A DNA stretch of 64,000 bases from Acidimicrobiia bacterium (GTDB taxonomy: Bacteria > Actinomycetota > Acidimicrobiia > Spongiisociales > ZC4RG35), in the NCBI GenBank assembly GCA_035462175.1, contig DATHUP010000051.1, positions 4,418 through 68,417 of the forward strand. Reading direction: 5' to 3'. A program made the position numbers and the translations under genes. Below the pieces are notes generated by a model. It was not told where the DNA came from. It made no database searches and was given only the letters and a program-made list of their open reading frames with translations. Positions 41,892-49,457 of the stretch are shown here, in pieces (position 1 is the stretch's first letter; every line of letters starts with the position of its first letter).

Positions 41892-42665
41892 GTGATCGGT
41901 TCCGGTGAACATCCGCAGAGTCTGGACGGAGTAGTCGAAGCCATCGCCGACGTGGTGCGGGAGGCGAAGGACTCGGGGAGTCGTGTCGGGTTCTTTGCAG
42001 CCATGTACAGCGGCGTGACGGTGCAGGTCCGAGCGGGTGTGGAGTCCGATCTATTCGAGGACGGCCCTCGGATGGAGAGGTTGGCCACCACGTTCGCCGC
42101 CCGGTACCTCGACGCCCTGAATCAGTTCCGCGGTGGGAATCAGCCAAGTAGGTGTTGGGACTTCGCTTTCCGGTCGGCGGAAATGTGGCGGCCCCTCATC
42201 CTCCAGCACCTCCTGTTGGGAATAAACGCGCACATCAACCTCGACCTCGGTATTGCAGCCGCCCAGACCTCGCCTGGCGATGATCTTCCAGACCTTCGAA
42301 ACGACTTCGTGGAGATCAACCGTGTGTTGTCTCGCCAGGTAGACGGAATCCGGGAAACGATCGGAGAACTCTCTCCCTGGATTGGGCTCCTCGATCGGGT
42401 CGATCCAACCGCCGGGCGAGCCATAGTCAATTTCAGTATCGAGCGAGCACGAGAGCAGGCCTGGACCGTAGCCGAGCTCCTCGCTGGCCTTCCGGAGGAA
42501 CGATGGCCCGGGCACGTCGATGTCCTAGACAGGAATGCCCTGTCACTTGCCCGGTTGGTCCGCGACCCTCCCGGCGTGATCCTCAAGGCTGGTCTGCGCC
42601 TCATCCGGGTTCGAGAAGTGAACGACGTCCGGCAGGCGATCGAGAGGCTCGAAAAGCCGGCATAG
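41892..42665 (+). CDS. conserved hypothetical protein (resembles DUF5995-type proteins; from memory, needs HMM confirmation)
   Basis: 257 aa with a GTG start. Motifs RVGFFAAMYSGVT, FAARYLDA and LQHLLLGINAHINLDLGIAAA. It is the only ORF between the tRNA-Lys gene and its displaced 3' copy. Confidence 0.6.
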   Translation: MIGSGEHPQSLDGVVEAIADVVREAKDSGSRVGFFAAMYSGVTVQVRAGVESDLFEDGPRMERLATTFAARYLDALNQFRGGNQPSRCWDFAFRSAEMWRPLILQHLLLGINAHINLDLGIAAAQTSPGDDLPDLRNDFVEINRVLSRQVDGIRETIGELSPWIGLLDRVDPTAGRAIVNFSIERAREQAWTVAELLAGLPEERWPGHVDVLDRNALSLARLVRDPPGVILKAGLRLIRVREVNDVRQAIERLEKPA

Positions 42666-42868
42666 GGTGAACGCCCCGTCAGCGATCAGACCACGAGTCG
42701 GGTCACAGCTCCTTGGTGTCGGTGACGTCCCAACCGCCCTGAACCGGGTCCCGGGACCCCATCCGGTTCAGTGGGAACGTAGGTGATCCTCCTCCTCCTC
42801 CCGCTTTTCGGCGGATCGAGTTGGTGCGAGCCCCGGTAGCCAAGGTGCGACTCTCGACCTTTCTGAAG

Positions 42869-42941
42869 TGGGTCCCGTGGGACTCGAACCCACAACCAAC
42901 GGGTTAAAAGCCCGCTGCTCTACCAATTGAGCTAGAGACCC
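42869..42941 (-). tRNA. tRNA-Lys (anticodon UUU)
   Basis: 73 nt: GGGUCUC UA GCUC AAUUGGUA GAGC A GCGGG CUUUUAA CCCGU UGGUU GUGGG UUCGAGU CCCAC GGGACCC A. All four stems pair, the T-loop is UUCGAGU, and CCA is not encoded. Confidence 0.93.
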
Positions 42942-43281
42942 GGGGTGCGCGAGATCTCTCGAGAAAACGCACAGAAAAGGGCCGCGAGAAAAGAATACCG
43001 CTCCCGGTACCCGAGCCAGAAGGTGACTCGCCGATCGGGGGAGGCATCACCATGATGGTGCCGTACCCTCACCTGAATGCCAGCACTCGACCGGTGGGAC
43101 CACGTAAGCCAAGGGTCTGTTGAGAGTGCCCGCTGACCTGCGTCGTGTTGCCAAGGATCCTGTCGGAAGTCGATACGAGATCGTCGGCGTTGCCAAGGAT
43201 TGGAGGCTTGGCACAGGCTCAGTTTTGCTTTAGAAAAGCAAGACGCCCGGTAGAGCCAGTTTCCCTGCTCCGCTCACCGGC

Positions 43282-44460
43282 TCAGGGGCCTCGGGGGTCG
43301 ACGGTGTATTTGAGGCCGAGGGGGCTGGTCCACTGGTATACGCCGGTTTGCAGCTTTTCGAGGTTCCAGCCGGCGTGTTTGAGCTGGTGGTCGTGTCGGC
43401 ATAGTGGCTCGAGGTTGTCTTCTTCGGTGGGCCCTCCGTCGGTCCAGGCCTGTCGGTGGTCGAGGTCCGACTCCCGGGCGGGCATCCGGCAGCCGGGAAA
43501 GACACAGGTGTGGGCGGTGGCCTCGACTTTGCGTCTCTGTGTGATGGTGGGCCGTCTCCGGGTGGTGCCGACATGGACCACGTCTCCACTCTGATCGGTG
43601 ACGGTGATCCGCCACTCCGACTTCTCCTGTTCGTTCACTACCTGTCGGGCGATGTCGGCGATGACCGGCCCCCAGCCGGGTATCTCGGCCGGGTTGTCGT
43701 CGAGTCCGGTCAGGGTGGTCAGGTCGACCCTGATGTCGACCACGGCTCCATCACCCTGGGACTGTTCGGGATGCCGTCCGTTGAGCAGGTCGAGCAGAAT
43801 GTCGGCTCGGATCTGATCGAGAGTGCGGGGATCGTCGGCTGTCTTGGCGGATCGGGCGAGTCGGTTGATTCGACTCATGGCGGCGTTGGTGTCGGCGGCG
43901 GGAAGGTCGAGGCCGAACAGGTTGGCGGTGCCGGTCTCGGTGGCCTCGACCACCACCCGCCGGTCTGCCAGTTTCGCCTCGTAACGTTCCCGGGCCGAAT
44001 CCGGGTCGACGGCGATCACCAGCCGCCGGATTCGGGCTCGTAGCTGACCGGTGGTCTCCCCACCGGCCTTCTCCAGAGCGGTGTCGGCGATCTTCCGGGC
44101 CGTTGTCTCATCGAGATGTGAGGTCTGGTCGACGATCACCCGGACTCTGGGCAGGTCGATCTCCCCCTGATGCAACGCCTCCCAGACCGAGGGATGACGT
44201 TCCAGCAGACTCCGGGCCAGATCCAGCTGAGCGTCGGCGGCACGACGAGTCAGACTCAGGGCAGCCCGGATCTCAGAAGCGGCCAGATCCTCGGCCAACT
44301 CAACATCACCACCCGCCCTAGCCGCGGCCGCATCAGCCACACCGATCATCGAGGAGTACAACTCGGCCTGAGCATGGGCCAGCTGCCGGGCCCACGCCCG
44401 CATGACGATCACCTGATCCGGCTCCGCCAGCCGAGTCCAGTCCACCGTTGCCAGAGCCAA
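43282..44460 (-). CDS. HNH endonuclease with DUF222 N-terminal region (REP13E12-like)
   Basis: C-terminal HNH motif CVFPGCRMPARESDLDHRQAWTDGGPTEEDNLEPLCRHDHQLKH and a DUF222-like helical N-terminus. TTG start at 44460. Confidence 0.85.
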   Translation of the reverse strand: MALATVDWTRLAEPDQVIVMRAWARQLAHAQAELYSSMIGVADAAAARAGGDVELAEDLAASEIRAALSLTRRAADAQLDLARSLLERHPSVWEALHQGEIDLPRVRVIVDQTSHLDETTARKIADTALEKAGGETTGQLRARIRRLVIAVDPDSARERYEAKLADRRVVVEATETGTANLFGLDLPAADTNAAMSRINRLARSAKTADDPRTLDQIRADILLDLLNGRHPEQSQGDGAVVDIRVDLTTLTGLDDNPAEIPGWGPVIADIARQVVNEQEKSEWRITVTDQSGDVVHVGTTRRRPTITQRRKVEATAHTCVFPGCRMPARESDLDHRQAWTDGGPTEEDNLEPLCRHDHQLKHAGWNLEKLQTGVYQWTSPLGLKYTVDPRGP

Positions 44461-44579
44461 TCCGAGATCGGCACCCGGGCCTCATCCCAGCCAAACCCGT
44501 TGGCAGCAAAACCGGACCATCGGATCTGCTCATGGTTGCCGTCCCCGCCGACGGCCCCTCCACTCGGTCTCCCCACGAA

Positions 44580-44595
44580 TCGAACATCTGTTCGC
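44580..44595. promoter_or_regulatory. LexA-type SOS box (Cheo box)
   Basis: TCGAACATCTGTTCGC equals CGAAC-N4-GTTCG with both half-sites perfect. It lies about 120 nt upstream of the HNH/DUF222 start and about 95 nt upstream of the divergent aldo/keto reductase start. Confidence 0.6.
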
Positions 44596-44690
44596 TACGC
44601 TACAAGATGGCCCTGACAGATTCCATACCCTTGTCCGGGATTTCTTGCGCGTTTGTTGTCCCAGCGGTCGACCCGCCTAGGTTTTGGCCA

Positions 44691-45656
44691 ATGGAAACGC
44701 GAATGCTCGGATCGCTTTGGCCGGTGAGCTCGCTGACCATTGGCGGGGGCGGGATCGGCCAGGTGTGGGGACCGACCAGCAGAGACGAGGCGGTGGCCAC
44801 CCTGCGCGAGGCGGTCGAGTCCGGCATCACCCTCATCGACGTTGCCCCGACCTATGGGAAAGGAGAGGCGGAGAACGTGGTGGGAGAGGCCTTTGGAGGA
44901 AGCCTGCCCGACGGCGTGAGGATCTCCACGAAAAGCCACGTCCCCCAGGAGCCGGATGAGGTCTACGAGCCGCTGGTCATGGCTCTCGATCAAAGCCTCG
45001 ACCGGATGAAGCTCTCCTACGTAGACATCTTCATCCTCCACAGCCAGATCCTCCCCCAACCGGACACGGAGCGACAGTCGTGGACGACAGACCTCGACTC
45101 GTTTCAGGAGAAGACCCGGCCCGCAATGGAGAAACTGGTGGAGCAGGGCCGGATTGGCGCTTGGGGAATCACCGCCACCCAGTTTCCCCAGGTCCTGGAG
45201 ACAGTGTTCTCGGCCGATCCTGCTCCGGCTGTCGCCCAGATGGTGGCCAACGTGATGGACGCCCCCGGTGACATGAAGTGGTCCGAAGGCCCGGTCCGTC
45301 CCCGCCAGCTCGTCGCTATGGCCGCCCAAAACGGGATCGGGGTCATGGGGATTCGGGCCGTCCAGGCCGGTGCGCTCACCGACACCCTCGACCGTGACCT
45401 CGAGCCGGGCCACCCCGCCCGGGTCGACTTCGAGCGCGCGGCTCCCTTCCGTGCTCTGGCCGCCGAGTTGGGCGAGTCGGCCGCCTCCCTCGCCCATCGC
45501 TATGCCCTCTCCATGAGTGGGGTGGACACAGTCGTCCTCGGAGTGAAGAACCGGGCCGAGCTGGCGGAGTGCGTGAAGTCCGCGGAGTTGGGACCGCTAC
45601 CCGCCGACGTCATCACCATGGTCGACGAGGGGATGCAACCCCTCCGGACGGACTGA
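44691..45656 (+). CDS. aldo/keto reductase
   Basis: METRMLG.., LIDVAPTYGKGEAENVVGEA, YVDIFILHS, and a C-terminal AKR-like sequence. Start set at ATG 44691. Confidence 0.88.
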   Translation: METRMLGSLWPVSSLTIGGGGIGQVWGPTSRDEAVATLREAVESGITLIDVAPTYGKGEAENVVGEAFGGSLPDGVRISTKSHVPQEPDEVYEPLVMALDQSLDRMKLSYVDIFILHSQILPQPDTERQSWTTDLDSFQEKTRPAMEKLVEQGRIGAWGITATQFPQVLETVFSADPAPAVAQMVANVMDAPGDMKWSEGPVRPRQLVAMAAQNGIGVMGIRAVQAGALTDTLDRDLEPGHPARVDFERAAPFRALAAELGESAASLAHRYALSMSGVDTVVLGVKNRAELAECVKSAELGPLPADVITMVDEGMQPLRTD

Positions 45657-45685
45657 CGACTGACGGACCACGGTAACGGCGAGAA

Positions 45686-45706
45686 GGAGCGGCGGCCGGC
45701 CGCTCC
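45686..45706. terminator. GC hairpin between convergent genes
   Basis: GGAGCGGC-GGCCG-GCCGCTCC, located 30 nt after the AKR stop. Confidence 0.5.
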
Positions 45707-45747
45707 TCCTCATCCGTTCCGGATGTGGCATCGGCCCGCTCCCACAC

Positions 45748-46428
45748 CTATGCCCGCTTACCCGAGCCCTGAAACAGTCGGCGGACCGCGGCGACCGATC
45801 CTGCCACCAATCCCACGACCACCCCTCGCCTCAGCCAGCGCGCCCGAGGTCGGGATGCCGGGCCGTGATCGGACACGGCGACCGTGCGCCGAGCCGAGTT
45901 GTCGATCCGGGTCCGGACGATCGGCTTGCGTTTCGGTACCTCGACCGAGGCGATGATCAGCTCCGGGTCGGGGCAGGGGTGGCATGGAGCCGTCACCAGG
46001 TCTGCGACGGGCGATTCCTCGGTAGCGACGATGACGGGGACTTCGCGTATCCGACTGGCCTGGGCCTGATCCGGATCCTCGGTCGCAATGGCCGCCACCT
46101 CCTCCTCGCCGTAGGCCAAGGTCACCAGGACGGATAGACCCCGTCTGCCGGTGAGGTCGACCTCGGTCGGCGTCTTCACCACGATCTCCCGCCCACAGCA
46201 GTCCAGCGCCACCCCGGGCTGCACCACGACCGCACCCGAGGGTGGGTCGGTTGGCACCACGGCCAGCCCGCACACCACGCCGTGACCGTGGAGACGGTTG
46301 TGGAAGCGAATCCGGTCGAGGATGTACTTCTGCTCGGCGCGGAAGTCCTCGGCTTGGAGGAGTTGGCCGGAGAAGTAGCGGAGACGCTCGGTCACGCCGT
46401 CTCCGCTGCAAGGATGCGGTTCGGTCAT
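45748..46428 (-). CDS. hypothetical C-terminally membrane-anchored protein with an RYF-GQ-L..DF..EQ.Y motif
   Basis: 226 aa from ATG 46428 (GTG 46458 is an alternative). N-terminal RLRYFSGQLLQAEDFRAEQKYILDRIRFHNRLHGHGVVCGLAV and a C-terminal TM (GVVVGLVAGSVAAV). No family assigned. Confidence 0.6.
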   Translation of the reverse strand: MTEPHPCSGDGVTERLRYFSGQLLQAEDFRAEQKYILDRIRFHNRLHGHGVVCGLAVVPTDPPSGAVVVQPGVALDCCGREIVVKTPTEVDLTGRRGLSVLVTLAYGEEEVAAIATEDPDQAQASRIREVPVIVATEESPVADLVTAPCHPCPDPELIIASVEVPKRKPIVRTRIDNSARRTVAVSDHGPASRPRARWLRRGVVVGLVAGSVAAVRRLFQGSGKRA

Positions 46429-46602
46429 TTGATGCCCTTTGTCGACGTTGCGCGCCACCGCCGCTCACGTGGCTCTACCGACCGACCTTATCGCCCACCC
46501 GTGTAGGGGTGACTGCCCGTCGAGACCGGTTGATAGTCTCAGTGGCACCGCTTGCCGAGCCGATTCACGAGCCGTGGGGAGCGCTGCTCGTCTGAGGTCT
46601 AC

Positions 46603-47316
46603 ATGCCCGACACTGCTTTCGATCCGGCGATCCACGGCTTCCGCTTCCCCAACCGTTTCCCCGGCGGGGCAGTGATCGCCGAGCTCAACCGGCAAGAGCG
46701 TCTCACCGAGTTGACCGGGATCGGAGTCCCCAATGCGGTGCGTCATCTGGCCGACATGGCCCAGCAAGCCCGGTTCTGGGGCACTTTCGGCCTGTGCGGG
46801 GGAATGAGCTGGGCGGCCCTCGACCGGTTCTTCGCCGGTCGGCAAGCACCCGACGAGCCGGTCTCGCCCCCGCCGGGCAGCGCTCTCTTCTCGGAGCTGG
46901 TGAAGCGCCAGGTCGACTCGATGCGAGGCCAGCAGATGATCGCTCGTTGTCTCACCTGGCAGCTCCTCCCGGCCAAGACACCGTGGTGGATCCCCTGGGC
47001 CAAGGGCATACAGCAGAGGACGGGCAAGCAGGAGTGGCCCGCCCTGAAGAGGTCACTGGATCGTGAGGTGCCGGCCTCGCTCACGCTGATCAGGGTGGCC
47101 GGGGTGGCCGACCCCTCGGACAACCATCAGGTGGTGGCCACCGGCTACCGGATGGGGGCCGAAGGCAACGTCATCATCGGTCTCTACGACCCGAACCACC
47201 CTCGATCCAAGGTGTCGCTTCGCCTCCGCTTCGACTCGAAGAGGAGCATGACAGGTTGCGCCCAATCGACCGGTGAGCCGGTCAGAGGGTTCTTCGTCTG
47301 GCCCTACCACGGCTGA
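46603..47316 (+). CDS. hypothetical protein with a papain-like Cys...His arrangement (possible cysteine peptidase)
   Basis: 237 aa from ATG 46603. Contains FGLCGGMSWAALDRF (candidate nucleophile), DNHQVVATGY (candidate His) and GLYDPNHP. The assignment is inference only. Confidence 0.55.
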   Translation: MPDTAFDPAIHGFRFPNRFPGGAVIAELNRQERLTELTGIGVPNAVRHLADMAQQARFWGTFGLCGGMSWAALDRFFAGRQAPDEPVSPPPGSALFSELVKRQVDSMRGQQMIARCLTWQLLPAKTPWWIPWAKGIQQRTGKQEWPALKRSLDREVPASLTLIRVAGVADPSDNHQVVATGYRMGAEGNVIIGLYDPNHPRSKVSLRLRFDSKRSMTGCAQSTGEPVRGFFVWPYHG

Positions 47317-47330
47317 GCCGGGTGGCCGGG

Positions 47331-48449
47331 TCAAGTCTTTCGCCGTGCATCGGTCAGGTCGATGGGCCGGAGACGCTCGTCTTGGAAACGCCAGAGCTGA
47401 CGTCTCTCACCCCGGAAGACGATGGCGATGCTGCCCAACGGGGTGTTCTGATCGTCGAGATCGTGGGTGTAGTAGACCTGATGCTCCCAGTCGTCCTGAC
47501 GCTGGGTCGGGGTGTGATGAGTGGCGATCGGTTCTTTGACCTCCCTGATCACCTCTTGAGTCAGCAAATGGGGAAAGCCGTGGCTGCTCGTCCCTCGGGC
47601 CCGGCTCGATATCAGGACGATGGCCGCGGAGAACCGCTCCATCAGCTCCAGGCTGACTCCTCGTTTCGAGCCGTGATGTGAAACCTTGACCACATCGGTG
47701 TTGAGGAGGTCCTTGGTCCCGGTGGCGGCGGCAATGGCTCTCGCCGCCTCGCTGTTCGAGGAGGGCAGGTAGGGGAAGTCGACCATCACGTATGACCAGG
47801 ACAGGGTCTGGGCGTCACCGCCGAGTATCAGGGTCGATGTTGGCCCGCCCACCTCCCGCAGGCGGCCCTGCTCGTCGCGTGTCGTCGATCGGGCCGCCGG
47901 GTGGTCGATCCGCAACGAGATCGACGAGTCGTTGATCTCGGTCCCGTAGGAGTCGAAACGGTTGCGAAGGCCGACCGCAGGCGAGAGCACGGTGACCAGG
48001 GTGCCGCCTATCCATCGTCGCAGCCCGGCCGTGGGCTGTGCGTAGACGATGGTGGCGTGCCGGTCCTGCAACTCCTTCATCAGCGTCATGTACGCAGAGA
48101 TGGGGTGGTAGTACCCCGGATCCCAGAACTCGGCGATCCGGTGCCCATGGGTGCGGAACAGGTTGGGCATGTTGCTGATGTGGTCCTGATGCGGATGCGT
48201 GGCGACCACCAGGGCGATGTCGTCCTGACCGTCGAGAATGCCCCGGCTGGTCAACTCGGTGATGAGACGCACCACCTTGTCCGTATAGGCGTCGACGACG
48301 ATCGCCTTGCGCCGGCCATCCAGTTCCGGCAACAACACCAATTGGGAGTCCCCGTCGCCGACATTGCACAAGAAGTAGACCCAGGAGTCTGCGTCGAGCG
48401 AGCCCAGGAAATCCTCGGCCACCAGCAGGTTCGCAGGGATGTTCGTCAT
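47331..48449 (-). CDS. MBL-fold metallo-hydrolase, ComEC/Rec2 C-terminal-domain type, standalone
   Basis: VGDGDS, ATHPHQDHISN (HxHxDH) and VVKVSHHGSKRG motifs. 372 aa with no membrane domain. The ATG lies 3 nt after the upstream stop. Confidence 0.8.
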   Translation of the reverse strand: MTNIPANLLVAEDFLGSLDADSWVYFLCNVGDGDSQLVLLPELDGRRKAIVVDAYTDKVVRLITELTSRGILDGQDDIALVVATHPHQDHISNMPNLFRTHGHRIAEFWDPGYYHPISAYMTLMKELQDRHATIVYAQPTAGLRRWIGGTLVTVLSPAVGLRNRFDSYGTEINDSSISLRIDHPAARSTTRDEQGRLREVGGPTSTLILGGDAQTLSWSYVMVDFPYLPSSNSEAARAIAAATGTKDLLNTDVVKVSHHGSKRGVSLELMERFSAAIVLISSRARGTSSHGFPHLLTQEVIREVKEPIATHHTPTQRQDDWEHQVYYTHDLDDQNTPLGSIAIVFRGERRQLWRFQDERLRPIDLTDARRKT

Positions 48450-48452
48450 CGG

Positions 48453-49064
48453 TCACACGCTCGGGCTGGCCACAGAGCCTGGCACCGAGGGCCGGGGCGG
48501 CTCGTCGGTCGCCTCAGGAGCGGAGCCGGTGTCTATTGCCTCTTCCGCAACTTCGTCGTCCAGCTCGGCACCCGCCGTGATCAGATCGCCCGGGGCTTGC
48601 GATGATCCGGTGACGGCCCAGGCCATGGCCGCCTTTGCCTCTCCGCGGGCGGCGTAGGTGATGTCGACGATCTGTCCCATGAGCTTCGACCCGTCCAGCG
48701 GGAGCCAGTCGGGGTCAGGCCGGAACCAGAACACATCCCCGACTCGAAGCGGCCGATCGGCCGCGGGCTGTTGCCTGCTCGTTCTCTCCCGGGTAACGGT
48801 GGCATGGAAGGCGGCCCCGTCCAGGATCAACTCGGAGTCGGAGGGATCATCGAGCCTCTCCCCATCCCCCGATGCCCGGGCCGGGAAGACGAGCCGGTTC
48901 CCGGAGTCCACCGACGGCCAAGGCGAGATCACGATCCGGACCGTGTTCCCGTCGATCTCGTCGACCGTGAGGTAGCGGTCCTTTTTCAGCGTGCGTATCT
49001 CGTCGAAGGGGTTGCTGGCTCCCTCGGGGGCGGTGGGATTCCACAACTTCTTGCCTTTGGCCAT
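48453..49064 (-). CDS. hypothetical protein (203 aa) coupled to the MBL hydrolase
   Basis: Good RBS (GGAGAGGA), an acidic/Pro-rich C-terminal tail, and no recognisable domain. Confidence 0.55.
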   Translation of the reverse strand: MAKGKKLWNPTAPEGASNPFDEIRTLKKDRYLTVDEIDGNTVRIVISPWPSVDSGNRLVFPARASGDGERLDDPSDSELILDGAAFHATVTRERTSRQQPAADRPLRVGDVFWFRPDPDWLPLDGSKLMGQIVDITYAARGEAKAAMAWAVTGSSQAPGDLITAGAELDDEVAEEAIDTGSAPEATDEPPRPSVPGSVASPSV

Positions 49065-49457
49065 GCGCGTCCTCTCCGTCGGTGCTCACCGCGAGTCGAG
49101 CCCGAGGCGCTTCCGGGCAGGCTGCTTCGAGCCGGGCGCTAGACCCGGATGAGGTCGGCAGACGTGTCACTCAGGGTCGATCTCGATGATGACCAGGCAC
49201 ACGCTGCGTCCCTCGCCCACCGACTCGACGAGTGTCGCGCCGCGGCCGAACCCCTGTCAAGGAGGGTGACCCCACGCCCGGTCTCGGGTCACCTGGATGA
49301 CGGTCTCTCAACGACGGCTCCCTCGGCGCGCGCTGGGCGGAGGTTCTCGATCACGCCGACCAGCCCAAGCGCCGCTGCGGCCATCGCCACCACCGGGGCC
49401 CGAACCGGCAGCCTCGCGGCACAGGGGCAGGTGGTGCTGTCGTAGGCTGGGACGGTC

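Noticed and set aside
43147-43200. Direct repeat CGTCG..GTTGCCAAGGAT (43147-43158 and 43189-43200) and an AT-rich hairpin TTGCTTT-AGA-AAAGCAA (about 43225-43243) between tRNA-Lys and the HNH gene
   Set aside because: Both are short (12-18 nt) and could arise by chance or be part of the tRNA promoter or HNH 3' UTR. Not enough evidence to call a feature.
49171-49256. 28-codon minus-strand frame QGFGRGATLVESVGEGRSVCLVIIEIDPE that looks like a gene C-terminus
   Set aside because: It is bounded by an in-frame stop immediately upstream and has no start codon. Neighbouring frames do not extend it convincingly. It may be a decayed gene fragment, but this cannot be supported.
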